Shown: positions 18,819 to 29,425, numbered from the stretch's first letter. The stretch: 64,000 nucleotides of DNA from an uncultured candidatus Porisulfidus sp. (GCA_965204575.1 OZ241993.1:1152001-1216000); one strand, 5' to 3'. The notes: generated by a model from the letters alone, not told the origin. Made by a program: numbers and translations.

Positions 18819-20135
18819 ATGTCTGATACCGACAATGCAGCAGAAACGTCATGTAACAAATTAGATTACTCTAAAGAGGATAACGCGGAGAAGAAACAAA
18901 GCTGGAATCCGCCAGAACTTGAATGTTGGCAGAAAGCAATTTTTTGGTTCAGCGTTTTTGCTGTTATAGGAATTCCTGTCGCCCTTGCAATCGCTGCATT
19001 TTTTTGCCCCGAATGGCTACAGGGGGTTTGCATCGAGACAGGTCGGTCACTAGGTACTTTTATTCTTGTTTCTGGTGTCACACTTGCGTTCCCGATGGGC
19101 ATAATTGCAATTCTATGGGTTCGCTACCGCATTGTTATTCATGTAGAGCAAGTCCAAGATCGCAGTACTGTCGAATCCCTTTTAGAACAGGCGTGCACGG
19201 CCGCGTGTCTTCTCGAATCCACAGAGAGTGAGAAGGATCAAGGCATAGAAAAGGCAAAATATGCCGATGCAATTCGTACTGAAGTCCAACGCCTTCGACA
19301 GGTTGGACCAGACGGATGGACCTACAACCAAACATTACATCTTGGTCTATTGCTTGTCGATGCTCTTGACAGTGAGGAAGAAGCAAGGGCTGAAGCAGAA
19401 CTTGCGCTTACACAGTTGGCTGATTACGTGGAAGATAGTTCAGCACCTTTCGATATGAGGCAATACAACAAATGGGATGAGCGCCTCAAAATCATTACGA
19501 ATCCGAAGAGCTCCGTGGAATACTGGAGGCTCAAACATTGTTCGGAATCTACAGAAGACCATAAATCCAGACTACTAGAACTAGGGAAATATAGGCTAAA
19601 GGCCCTAAAAGATTACATTACTGATATCGAATCTGATTGGGCTACTGGATCAGTTATTCTGCGCAACTTAAAATACAGTTCTATTGCCACCATTCTCGCT
19701 TTCTTATTAGTTGCTTTTTTCCCTGTTATTGCCACATGGTGCACAAGTTCCGGTAATCCTGAATTTGGATGGTTTGAATGGGGGCTCTTGGGGTCTGTTG
19801 GCGCGCTTCTCTCGGTACTACACAAACAGCAAAAATATGACATTGTTGAATTAGGGAATACAGAAGGTCAGATAGAATTCTGGCGAGCATTCGCAGGCGG
19901 ATGCCTAGGGTTGGTTGCCGGATTGATCGCGTACGCTCTTATTAGGGCTGGAGTTGTGAGTGGCCGCCTATTTCCATCGTTTTGTGAGGGAGTTGTTCAG
20001 GAATGTGGAGAAGACAGTTCACTTTATCTGTCCCTGATTTGGGCTATTGGTGCAGGTTTCGGCTTCGAAAAAATCTTTGATCGAGTCAAACAAACATGGG
20101 GGGGCGATAGTGGTAGCTACAAACCAACCACTTAG
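18819..20135 (+). CDS. Uncharacterised multi-pass membrane protein
   Basis: Two N-terminal TMs, a helical soluble middle and about four C-terminal TMs with GLLGSVGALLS and GAGFGFE motifs. Confidence 0.8.
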   Translation: MSDTDNAAETSCNKLDYSKEDNAEKKQSWNPPELECWQKAIFWFSVFAVIGIPVALAIAAFFCPEWLQGVCIETGRSLGTFILVSGVTLAFPMGIIAILWVRYRIVIHVEQVQDRSTVESLLEQACTAACLLESTESEKDQGIEKAKYADAIRTEVQRLRQVGPDGWTYNQTLHLGLLLVDALDSEEEARAEAELALTQLADYVEDSSAPFDMRQYNKWDERLKIITNPKSSVEYWRLKHCSESTEDHKSRLLELGKYRLKALKDYITDIESDWATGSVILRNLKYSSIATILAFLLVAFFPVIATWCTSSGNPEFGWFEWGLLGSVGALLSVLHKQQKYDIVELGNTEGQIEFWRAFAGGCLGLVAGLIAYALIRAGVVSGRLFPSFCEGVVQECGEDSSLYLSLIWAIGAGFGFEKIFDRVKQTWGGDSGSYKPTT

Positions 20136-21315
20136 TTCGATAGATTTGGCGGTGGTCAATAAGTTGGAAGCACTAGAAACTCCTGCTTTCGTCTACAACC
20201 AATCAATTTTGCTGGGAAACGTTACAAATATTTCGAAAATCACTCAGGAACGAGACTGCAAAGTACTGTATACGCCTAAAGCCAACGCAATTCATGCTGT
20301 CTTGAGTCTTATTGGGAATTATGTCGATGGATTTGCTACAAGTTCAGTGTTCGAGGCACGGCTTGCTCGCGAAGTTATTGGCCAAAACGGTTCCATCCAT
20401 CTGACTAGCCCTGGACTTCGCCCCAACGATGTTTCCGAGACTGCATCACTCTGCGACTACGTCTCGTTTAATTCCCTAAACCAGTGGCAGACTTACGGAC
20501 AGGAATTTCACACTCGAGTTAAATGTGGACTCCGGGTTAACCCCGGGATGTCGTTGGTGCAAGATATCCGTTACGATCCCTGTTGCTCAAACTCTAAACT
20601 TGGTATACCTATAGAAGATCTTAAAGACGCGTATCACCAAAAACCTAATTTAACCAAGGAAATTTCAGGATTACACTTTCATACAAATAGCGAATCCAGT
20701 AGTTTTTCTGGTTTACTTGCCACCGTTCGTCATCTAGTTGATGTTCTGGGGCCTTCATTGGAAAGAATGGAGTGGATTAATCTTGGTGGGGGCTACTTAT
20801 TCGACAATCCGGAGGCGTTGGAGGAATTCTATGAATGCATAGATATGCTGCGATCTGATTTCGAACTAGAGATTTTTATCGAGCCCGGTACTGCTATGGT
20901 GTGCAATGCCTGTTATTTAGTGGCTTCGGTGGTGGATGTATTTTCAAGCGGTGACAAATATATCGCTGTTTTAGACACTACTACGAGCCACTGGCCCGAG
21001 GTGTTTGAGTACCAATTTGAACCCGACGTGATTGGCGATGAAGAAGACGGGGAATTTGAATATATCCTTGCTGGGAGCTCCTGCCTATCTGGTGACATTT
21101 TTGGGAAAGCTTATGCATTTAATCAGCGTATGGAAATCGGGTCCAAGGTCATATTTTCTGATGCAGGAGCGTACTCTTTAGTCAAAGCTAGCTACTTTAA
21201 TGGCATCAACCTACCAACCATTTACGCCTTGACTACAGAGGGAGACCTGTTGCTTCAAAAAAGATTTGTCTATGCCGACTTTATGCGTCAATGTGGGGCA
21301 GGACCAATCGATTGA
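20047..21315 (+). CDS. PLP fold-III decarboxylase, carboxynorspermidine decarboxylase (NspC)-like
   Basis: YTPKAN (PLP Lys), GLRVNP, YDPCC..SKLG, GLHFH, INLGGG, IEPG, GSSCLSGD and GAYSLVK..FNGINLP. The true start is probably near 20146-20152. Confidence 0.85.
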   Translation: MVQVSASKKSLIESNKHGGAIVVATNQPLSSIDLAVVNKLEALETPAFVYNQSILLGNVTNISKITQERDCKVLYTPKANAIHAVLSLIGNYVDGFATSSVFEARLAREVIGQNGSIHLTSPGLRPNDVSETASLCDYVSFNSLNQWQTYGQEFHTRVKCGLRVNPGMSLVQDIRYDPCCSNSKLGIPIEDLKDAYHQKPNLTKEISGLHFHTNSESSSFSGLLATVRHLVDVLGPSLERMEWINLGGGYLFDNPEALEEFYECIDMLRSDFELEIFIEPGTAMVCNACYLVASVVDVFSSGDKYIAVLDTTTSHWPEVFEYQFEPDVIGDEEDGEFEYILAGSSCLSGDIFGKAYAFNQRMEIGSKVIFSDAGAYSLVKASYFNGINLPTIYALTTEGDLLLQKRFVYADFMRQCGAGPID

Positions 21316-21374
21316 TTAGCATAGTCAAAAATTTCCTTTCGCTATAATGCTTCCCCCTTACGCGTCTACTAGGC

Positions 21375-22802
21375 ATGTGGATCATGCGGATTTCTGAACA
21401 AATCCTGACACTTCCCATTCAGCCTAATACGCTTGATTTTCTGGATCAAGTTCGAAGTGTACCGGGCTTCCCCACGTTTGGGGAGACTATGCCAGTCCGT
21501 TTTGCGGTCACAAAATCTGACCCCACCATGAGTGAGTGCGAAATTGGGGTCTTAGAAGGCTTCAGGTCTGAGGCTATGTCTGACCCTCTATTCGGATTTC
21601 GGGAGCGTGGTAAACCTCGTCACGGCAGTTTCAATGTTGTTTTTATTGTTCCCACAGGCATAGGCGCGGCTATTGGTGGCCATGCAGGCGATGCAACTCC
21701 TGCAGTTCGTGTGCTTGCCGGCATTTGCGACAACCTAATAACGCATCCAAACGCTGTGAATGCAAGCGACTTAAACGAAATGACAGAAAACACCTTGTAT
21801 GTTGAGGGTAGTGCTCTAACTCGCTTCCTTATGGGCACCGTCGGTCTTGGAAAAGTGAGATCGAATCGTGTGCTGACAATCATAGATAGCCATGCAGAAG
21901 ATGTCTTTGTTCATATTGCTGTGAATGCGGTGAGTGCAGCACGCGCATCTTTTGGCCTCAACTGTCCTAAAATTTTAAAAATGGAACAGCCTGTCCAATT
22001 GAGTACACGGTATACGGATTCAGGGCGGACTGTCAGTAGGATCGATAACTTTGCAGCTCTCTACGATGTGTTAGAAGCAGAGCGCAATAATTTTGATGCT
22101 ATAGCAATTGCATCAGTAATTGATGTGCCAGAGGACTACCATCAGGATTATTTTGTGGCTGGCGGTGAGTTGGCGAATCCGTGGGGTCAGGCAGAGGCTC
22201 TGCTGACTCACACAATTTCGACATTATTTAATGTGCCCTCGGCTCATTCGCCAATGCTTGAAACCGATGAAATTGCCAATGCTGATGTCGGGATAGTCGA
22301 GCCCCGGTTAGCAGCCGAAGCGGTGTCAATGGCATTTCTACACTGCGTTTTGAAGGGCCTGCATAGAAGCCCCTCCATAATTCTTGATCCAGATGAAATC
22401 AAATATGGTTCTGGCTTGTGCGCCGAAGACATAGATTGCCTTGTTATACCAGCAGGGTGTCTTGGGGTGCCAACCTATGCAGCACTTCGGCAACGTATAC
22501 CTGTCATTGCCGTTCGTGAGAATACTAATCTGATGCAGAATAATCTCTCGATGCTGCCATGGTTAGAGGGACAGTTTTTTGAAGTTGATAACTATCTCGA
22601 AGCAGCTGGACTAGTGGCGGCGATGCGTGCTGGAGTTGATCCCACAACTATTCGCCGTCCTTTGGGTTGGACAATGATGCAGGAAGTCACCGATCCGGCA
22701 TCACAGGATACTGAGGCAGTACGTATGGAATCTATTGCCGAAGAAATCAGGGAGTCTCAAACTAATGATTGCCAACTTACAGAAATAAAAGAGCCAAAGT
22801 AA
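21375..22802 (+). CDS. DUF3326 family protein
   Basis: IVPTGIGAAIGGHAGDA, LITHPNAVN, LYVEG, AEALLTH, AHSP, PRLAAE, CVL.GL.RSP and NYLEAAG. Confidence 0.8.
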   Translation: MWIMRISEQILTLPIQPNTLDFLDQVRSVPGFPTFGETMPVRFAVTKSDPTMSECEIGVLEGFRSEAMSDPLFGFRERGKPRHGSFNVVFIVPTGIGAAIGGHAGDATPAVRVLAGICDNLITHPNAVNASDLNEMTENTLYVEGSALTRFLMGTVGLGKVRSNRVLTIIDSHAEDVFVHIAVNAVSAARASFGLNCPKILKMEQPVQLSTRYTDSGRTVSRIDNFAALYDVLEAERNNFDAIAIASVIDVPEDYHQDYFVAGGELANPWGQAEALLTHTISTLFNVPSAHSPMLETDEIANADVGIVEPRLAAEAVSMAFLHCVLKGLHRSPSIILDPDEIKYGSGLCAEDIDCLVIPAGCLGVPTYAALRQRIPVIAVRENTNLMQNNLSMLPWLEGQFFEVDNYLEAAGLVAAMRAGVDPTTIRRPLGWTMMQEVTDPASQDTEAVRMESIAEEIRESQTNDCQLTEIKEPK

Positions 22803-22915
22803 AAACGGAGTTAGAAAGCCAGGCCAAATTTTTGGCGTCTGGACAGATCAATCTCTTGATCGGACCATACGGTGCCTGCCGGATTACTACTGCTCATGAT
22901 TGGCGATATGGCATG

Positions 22916-23887
22916 TCATGCGGCTTCTCTGAACTTCTCAAACCGCAATGCAAGTCGATCTTGATCTGGCCAGTCTTCGGTGCGCTTAGGCAAGTAAATC
23001 GCCTCATTGTTGAGCAACTTTAAGGCTTCAAGCATAGGGCCATCATTTTGATCCAGCAGTCGGTCAGAAACATGCAATCGGTAATCTGGATCAATACCAA
23101 TTAAATGAGCATCGAAAGCAGCATGATGGATTTTCGATAAAGGAATCCCGTTAGGGACTATGGGCTGACCAAGATTCTCATCTTTGTCTGGAATTATATG
23201 TGCGGCATCTAGGAGCAGGGGTTCCGGTATCCTCGATAGTGCGCAACGGCCGTCATAGGCGTTGATGACAGCCTCTCGGAAAGATCCTTGGTGTAGCCGC
23301 TGCTTTACTGTACGCAAAGCATAACTCCGCTCCAAGGCATTTTGAGGAGGAGTGAGCGTTTCTTGATCAGGCATACCGAAGGCCACATGTGCTTTTAATG
23401 CTTTGGCATCCCACCCAACAATATACGCTGGAACCATTGCTTGGTATCGCCCTGGCGCAATGCCCAAGAAATAGATGACGGGTATCTGATTCTCAAATGC
23501 CTCGCGTAGCCACCGATTGTCGGCCGTCTCCGGATTTCTTCCCATAAAGGCGTATTCGACTACCTCGTTGCCTTCGAATATTTGGCGGTGAACCTTACGT
23601 TGGTCGTCGTACCACACCCGGCTGCCGGGTCTCGGAAATACGGTTTTTATTGAAAGCAGAAATTGCATCTGCCGAGGTTTGAAGATTCCACGTTGAGGAT
23701 TGACGAGAGGGATTCGCTCGCCTTCGAAGATGAATCCCGGTTTCAGTTCGTTTGCAGTCAGGTGATCGTGTACTTCGCTGAGTTTTCGAACACACTCGAA
23801 AGCTGCCATCCGCATCCGGATATCTCTGTCGTTTCCGGCCATCGAGATTATTGATCCTTCTTGAGCACACTTATTGTGCCATGCCAT
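22916..23887 (-). CDS. HNH endonuclease with possible SRA/PUA-like N-terminal domain (type IV restriction-like)
   Basis: RLHQGSFREAV..AY..RCA, LDAAHI and NGIPLSKIHHAAFD. Confidence 0.85.
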   Translation of the reverse strand: MAWHNKCAQEGSIISMAGNDRDIRMRMAAFECVRKLSEVHDHLTANELKPGFIFEGERIPLVNPQRGIFKPRQMQFLLSIKTVFPRPGSRVWYDDQRKVHRQIFEGNEVVEYAFMGRNPETADNRWLREAFENQIPVIYFLGIAPGRYQAMVPAYIVGWDAKALKAHVAFGMPDQETLTPPQNALERSYALRTVKQRLHQGSFREAVINAYDGRCALSRIPEPLLLDAAHIIPDKDENLGQPIVPNGIPLSKIHHAAFDAHLIGIDPDYRLHVSDRLLDQNDGPMLEALKLLNNEAIYLPKRTEDWPDQDRLALRFEKFREAA

Positions 23888-23960
23888 GAAGCCAAGTTTG
23901 GGGAATTACATGGAAGAGTTGAAAACTCGTGTATAGTTGGCCAGTATGAAAGAGAAGGGC

Positions 23961-24143
23961 ATGTCTAATCTTCAAAAACCTGGGGAACGGCCGCATGCGC
24001 CAGGTGAATACGTCGAGCGAGGGCCACGTGGGGGCATGGTGCCTGACCCACGGGAAGTGACGATAGAACCTGGAGACAATCCACTACCGCCGACCCAAGA
24101 ATCAGGGCGGACGTGGGAGCGGACAGGCCCGACGAAGAAATAA
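23961..24143 (+). CDS. YjzC-family small protein
   Basis: KPGE..PGEYVERGPRGG.V...VTIEPGD.PLPPTQ...W. Confidence 0.75.
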   Translation: MSNLQKPGERPHAPGEYVERGPRGGMVPDPREVTIEPGDNPLPPTQESGRTWERTGPTKK

Positions 24144-24262
24144 AATCTGCACCCAGTAGCAGTCGTTTTTTGTGATGATATGCTGCGACCGTGCGCGACA
24201 TATGGGAATTCGGTTGATCGGCAAGGTTTGTGAGCGTAGTGTAACTTTAAGCCAACTCCGAT

Positions 24263-24949
24263 GTGAGAATATCATTTGAAGTCTTCTCCAGCATGAGTTT
24301 GTGTGAAACTTCTGGAGTTGGGGACCTTCCTGAAAGGCAAAAAAGCATCTACGAATGGATTAATAATACGCACCAGCTACCGGTCTATGCCGAGATATAC
24401 AAACTAGCCGCCACTCTTGTCGACCAGAAGCCACCTGGATATGTCACATTTGTGGCTCACGCAGGGCGGGAAATAGTAAATGGACTAGCTTTCGAAATCG
24501 TAGGAGAAGTAAGAAAACAAGTTCAGTATGCTCGGCGCCTCGATAAAATTTCTGACAAATGGGAAGATCAATGGGGCGCGTCAGTGCTTGATTCAGAACC
24601 ACCGGCCCACCATGAAATATCCTATGACGTTTGTGTGGACATAAGGGCGCTAATTGATGAGCATAGAGGAAAAGCTGGAGCTGATGAACGCGACTTACTT
24701 TCTCTTTCTATATTTCTTGGTTATAACGACAAGAGTTTGATACCTCGAAACTTCGCAAAAGAATGGAAAGCCGCGAGGGAAGGATTCTTCAAATATGCAC
24801 ATATTCGAAGAAACCAAATTTCTTCTGACGATGCAGCAGAACTCATAGAACATTTTAGAGTTTTGGAAACTTATCTCTCTATTTCTGCCACTAGCCAATA
24901 CGGACGAATAGGAGCACTTGATGAAATCTTGGGACAAACCAACAGATGA
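24263..24949 (+). CDS. Hypothetical protein, HEPN-like helical domain
   Basis: AHAGREIVN and FFKYAHIR motifs. Overlaps the next gene by 32 nt. Confidence 0.6.
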   Translation: MRISFEVFSSMSLCETSGVGDLPERQKSIYEWINNTHQLPVYAEIYKLAATLVDQKPPGYVTFVAHAGREIVNGLAFEIVGEVRKQVQYARRLDKISDKWEDQWGASVLDSEPPAHHEISYDVCVDIRALIDEHRGKAGADERDLLSLSIFLGYNDKSLIPRNFAKEWKAAREGFFKYAHIRRNQISSDDAAELIEHFRVLETYLSISATSQYGRIGALDEILGQTNR

Positions 24950-27833
24950 GTTAGTGGAAAAAGCACTTCAGTCCGTTAAGACAGATGCGGACCGAAGATA
25001 TTTTTTCTCAAGGTTAGAAAATCCGAATTGGATTCAACCATTGCAGGAACGCGATTTTTTTAAGTATCCTCCAGGCATCAAACATCTTCCAAACGGGTAT
25101 ATCCAATATCCCTTTTGGATTGAACTTCAATACCTCAAGAACATTGTTAGCGAAGTACCTGAGGAAGTGGTCGAGATTCTGATTAATGTGCCAGAAACCG
25201 ATAACCCGCGGTTCTATGAGGATGTAGTTGATATTGCGCTGCAGCTTGACGCATCACTATCAGCAAAACTGAAGGAAAAAATTCTTGAATATGCCCGTGC
25301 CAAGCATCCTGTTCTCGTTTTCCGTTTTCATGAATTACTTCATCATTGGGCATGTAATGGCCAGTCTGAGGCGGCACTGGAGTTGGCCGAAGTACTTGTT
25401 GGATTCCAAGAAGACCCGCAGAAAGAAGAAAAGCAAAAACTTCACAAAGCAAATCCTGAGAGTTGGGGAGGGCAACTAGATCCACAGCCGCGTTTCGGAG
25501 AGTGGGAGTATGAACAAACGCTCACAGAAGGTATACGGCCGCTGGCAGAACATGCGCCCCACCGTACTGCCCAGCTCTTAATTCAAGCGGTCAACGACAT
25601 GCTATACATGCGGTTTCGTCCAGACCAACTTGAGAAAATTGGTAGTAACGATTATTCGACTGTTTGGTGTGAGCGAGTGAACTACTCCAACTTGGACTAT
25701 AAGGATTCGAAAGAGATTCTGATCCATGCATTGACTTTTGCATGCGAACAGGTCTATGGGAAAACTCCAGAATTTGTGGCAGATCTAGATGAGAAATTGC
25801 GAAGCCTCCGATGGGAGATTTTTGTGCGTATTCGCCAGCATCTTTATGCATCACATTTAAATGAACAAACCATGCCTTGGGTTCGAGAACAAATTCTTAT
25901 CCATGAAGACTACCACAAGTGGGAGCACCACTTCGAGTTTCAACGCATGCTTCGCCTTGCGTGTATCCATTTCAGACCTGACTTTCTTACTACTGATGAA
26001 AAAGAATCGATTTTTAAAGCCATTCTTAGTGGGCCATCTAAACGATCTTTCCAGGAATTTAGGGGCGATCAGTTTACAGAGGAATTGTTTGAGCAGCGAA
26101 AGCGCTATTTCCATAGGATGCAATTAAATCCGTTTCTTCCGGTTCTTTTCGGGCAGTATGCTAGTTATTTCGAAGAATTGCAGGAGGAACAAGAAGAGCC
26201 AATTGATGATGATAAGTATCCTCCTTATTTATCAGAAGGCGCAAAGCATGTAGAGGCTCGCAGCCCCAAGCCAGTGGAAGAACTAAAAGAAATGTCAGAT
26301 GAGGAACTTCTTCGATACCTAAATGAGTGGGACGATGTTCACCACGAATCCGAAAAATGGTGGGTGGAAATCACTTTCGAGGCGCTAGCTCAAGCATTTC
26401 AGTCAGTTTTCAAAGATACGATCCTGTATGAGGAAACACGATTGTGTTTCTGGGTAGAGCACTTAGGACAGATCCAACGGCCCATCTACCTGAGAGCAAT
26501 GGTATCTGCTCTACGCGAACATGTAGAGTCTAAACAATTCGACATGCTAGACCAATGTTTCGATATCTGTGAGTGGATATTGTCTCATCCTGATCTCCCT
26601 AAAGAAGATGGCATTAACCGTAGCGATGAATCCAAGGAATACCCAGATTGGCAAAGTGCACGTCGCGCAGTAAGTGGTTTTGTTGAGACATGCTTGAGCA
26701 AAGAAGTGGGCATTCCAGGATCGGTGCGCGCCAGTCTTGCCTCTTTATTGGAAAAACTTTGTACTCAATATGATAGACATTTGGATGAGAATGAGAGTGT
26801 TTTTTTAAATCAGGATGATCCACTCGCCGAAGCAATAAATAACACGCGAAGCCGAGCACTCGAGAGCGTGGTCGATTTTGGCTATTGGGTGCGTCGCCAA
26901 TCTGGGGATAATGAGGCAACCGTAGCCGAAGTGTTTGATATCCTTGATAGGAGGCTTGACTTGGGAACTGAATACCCCTTAACGCTTCCCGAGCATGTAA
27001 TTTTAGCGGTACGTTACGGTAGGGTCTATGGTCTGGACCGAGACTGGGCGATCAAGCATAAAAAGCACTTGTTTCCTGGGGAAGACCAGAGGAAATGGAG
27101 TAGGATCTTTGGGTATTTTCTCGAACGCCATCGCCCTTCTGGTCACATTTTTGATGTCTTCCGAAGTGACATGGAACATGCGCTTGAACAGATTAATTTG
27201 TTCGATATGAGTTCTAACAGGAGGATCGATTTCATTGATACACTGGGCCGACACTTATTTACATACTACTTATGGGAAATCTATCCACTTACAGGGGATG
27301 GCAGTTTGATTCAGAGGTTTTACGATAGGACCGAAGGAAGTAAAGAGCACTGGGCTCACCTATTTGATCATGTGGGGCGTTCTTTGAAAAATAGCAGCAA
27401 GCAATTACCCAATCAGATCAGATGTAGAATCATTGATTTTTTTGAGTGGCGTATTGAAAGCAGAGAATCGCTCGAACTCAAGGAGTTTACATTTTGGCTA
27501 AGGGCAGAATGTTTGGAGGCAGAATGGCGACTAAAATCATATTCAAGAGTTCTTGACATATGTACTCCGGAGTTTGGTAGTGCACATTTGGAAATTGATG
27601 CTCTTCTAGAGATGCGTGAAGAGCACACGGCATTGGTTATGGAATGTTTTGCCAAGTTGGTCGATCTTGCTGCGCACAACGACCAAATGTATATTCAAAC
27701 TGAAAAAGCAAGAGAAATCCTACAAAATGGTCTTGCTAGCAATGATGTTGAAATCCGAGAAAAAGCGAAAAGTATCCGTGAAGAATTAGTCCGACGTGGA
27801 CATTTTGAACTCTGGGATGGAGAGGATCAATAG
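24918..27833 (+). CDS. Large all-helical hypothetical protein (971 aa)
   Basis: Long uninterrupted ORF with YFFSRLENPNWIQPL..FF..PP at the N-terminus and no visible NTPase motif. Confidence 0.85.
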   Translation: MMKSWDKPTDELVEKALQSVKTDADRRYFFSRLENPNWIQPLQERDFFKYPPGIKHLPNGYIQYPFWIELQYLKNIVSEVPEEVVEILINVPETDNPRFYEDVVDIALQLDASLSAKLKEKILEYARAKHPVLVFRFHELLHHWACNGQSEAALELAEVLVGFQEDPQKEEKQKLHKANPESWGGQLDPQPRFGEWEYEQTLTEGIRPLAEHAPHRTAQLLIQAVNDMLYMRFRPDQLEKIGSNDYSTVWCERVNYSNLDYKDSKEILIHALTFACEQVYGKTPEFVADLDEKLRSLRWEIFVRIRQHLYASHLNEQTMPWVREQILIHEDYHKWEHHFEFQRMLRLACIHFRPDFLTTDEKESIFKAILSGPSKRSFQEFRGDQFTEELFEQRKRYFHRMQLNPFLPVLFGQYASYFEELQEEQEEPIDDDKYPPYLSEGAKHVEARSPKPVEELKEMSDEELLRYLNEWDDVHHESEKWWVEITFEALAQAFQSVFKDTILYEETRLCFWVEHLGQIQRPIYLRAMVSALREHVESKQFDMLDQCFDICEWILSHPDLPKEDGINRSDESKEYPDWQSARRAVSGFVETCLSKEVGIPGSVRASLASLLEKLCTQYDRHLDENESVFLNQDDPLAEAINNTRSRALESVVDFGYWVRRQSGDNEATVAEVFDILDRRLDLGTEYPLTLPEHVILAVRYGRVYGLDRDWAIKHKKHLFPGEDQRKWSRIFGYFLERHRPSGHIFDVFRSDMEHALEQINLFDMSSNRRIDFIDTLGRHLFTYYLWEIYPLTGDGSLIQRFYDRTEGSKEHWAHLFDHVGRSLKNSSKQLPNQIRCRIIDFFEWRIESRESLELKEFTFWLRAECLEAEWRLKSYSRVLDICTPEFGSAHLEIDALLEMREEHTALVMECFAKLVDLAAHNDQMYIQTEKAREILQNGLASNDVEIREKAKSIREELVRRGHFELWDGEDQ

Positions 27834-27973
27834 TATCTATGCTTTCTCTTGCGTTTCCGTTAAACTAAAAAACTTTTGAAAAAATTTTAATAAAATCTGG
27901 ATGTTCTCCTCCTTGCAATCAAATTTAAGAACAGGGCGATAATATTAAGTGCTTTAAATTTCTAGGATAGTAA

Positions 27974-29425
27974 ATGTATAACAACGCATTTAACAGTATT
28001 GAGCGCGCCTTAAGATCTGAGGCAGGCATTGCTAACGAACTGGACTATGTGGAGCAAACCTCTTGGATACTGTTCCTAAAATATCTCTACGATCTTGAAA
28101 CTGAACGCCGTAACAAGGCTGAATTGATAGGTGAGAATTACACGCCTCTTATGGACCGAGACTTCCGCTGGGACCACTGGGCCGCACCCAAGACATCTGA
28201 GGGTGGCTTTGACTATAACGCGGCAATAATTGGTGACGACTTAATCGCTTTCATCGATAATCAACTGTTCCCCTACCTCTCCACTTTCCGACAAACGGCA
28301 GAGGGCCCATGTACGATTGAATACAAAATTGGAGAGATCTTCACCGAACTACGTAACAAATTTCGGTCTGGCTACATCCTTCGAGATGTACTTGAAATAG
28401 TCAATGGACTATCTTTCAACACTCAGGCTGAACGTCATGAACTGTCCGAGCTCTATGAGAGTCGTATTCGGCGTATGGGTAATGCGGGTCGCAATGGTGG
28501 CGAGTACTATACTCCACGTCCATTAATCCGCGCGATGGTCAAGGCCATCGATCCGAAGATCGGCGAAACGATCTACGATGGAGCCGTCGGTTCTGCAGGT
28601 TTCCTGTGTGAGGCTTGGGAGTATATGCGTCGTCCAGATATTACCGCCTCAGAGTTCGAATTTCTTCAACACGACACCCTGTTTGGACAGGAAAAGAAAT
28701 CACTCGCCTACATCATCGGGATCATGAACATGATCCTCCACGGAATTAATGCTCCGAATATTATCCATACCAATTCTCTCAACGAGAATGTATTGGACTT
28801 TCAAGAAAAAGACAGGCATGACATTATTCTTGCTAATCCTCCTTTCGGTGGGGGTGAGCGGCGTGAGGTTCAGCAAAATTTTCCTATCCGCTCGGGTGAG
28901 ACTGCCTATCTATTCCTGCAGCACTTCATTCGCAAGTTGAAAGCTGGTGGTCGAGCAGCGGTTGTGATAAAAAATACCTTCCTTAGCAACATTGATAACG
29001 CTGCGATAGCATTGCGACGTGAATTGCTGGATACCTGTACACTCCAGACCATCCTTGATTGCCCGCAAGGTACTTTCCTGGGCACAGGGAGTAAGACGGT
29101 GGTATTGTTTTTTAAAAAGGGTGCCCCTACGCGTGACATTTGGTATTACCAACTTGATCCCGGTCGATCTCTAGGCAAGACTGATCCACTAAATGATGAT
29201 GACTTGGCGGAATTTTCAGCACTATACAAATCCCTTGCTGAAGGTCCGCGAAGCTGGTGCGTAACCCGTGGCACTCTTGACGCGGAGACTCTGGATTTGT
29301 CGGTGAGAAACCCTAACACTCCCGAAGACCCTCCTCTGCGCAGTCCCAAATCGATTATTGCTGCTATGTTGTCCCGAGATACAAAAACAGAAGAGATTCT
29401 CGAAAATATTCGGAAAGCATTATGA
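27974..29425 (+). CDS. hsdM: Type I R-M methyltransferase subunit
   Basis: GEYYTPR, YDGAVGSAGFL and ANPPF. Confidence 0.95.
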   Translation: MYNNAFNSIERALRSEAGIANELDYVEQTSWILFLKYLYDLETERRNKAELIGENYTPLMDRDFRWDHWAAPKTSEGGFDYNAAIIGDDLIAFIDNQLFPYLSTFRQTAEGPCTIEYKIGEIFTELRNKFRSGYILRDVLEIVNGLSFNTQAERHELSELYESRIRRMGNAGRNGGEYYTPRPLIRAMVKAIDPKIGETIYDGAVGSAGFLCEAWEYMRRPDITASEFEFLQHDTLFGQEKKSLAYIIGIMNMILHGINAPNIIHTNSLNENVLDFQEKDRHDIILANPPFGGGERREVQQNFPIRSGETAYLFLQHFIRKLKAGGRAAVVIKNTFLSNIDNAAIALRRELLDTCTLQTILDCPQGTFLGTGSKTVVLFFKKGAPTRDIWYYQLDPGRSLGKTDPLNDDDLAEFSALYKSLAEGPRSWCVTRGTLDAETLDLSVRNPNTPEDPPLRSPKSIIAAMLSRDTKTEEILENIRKAL

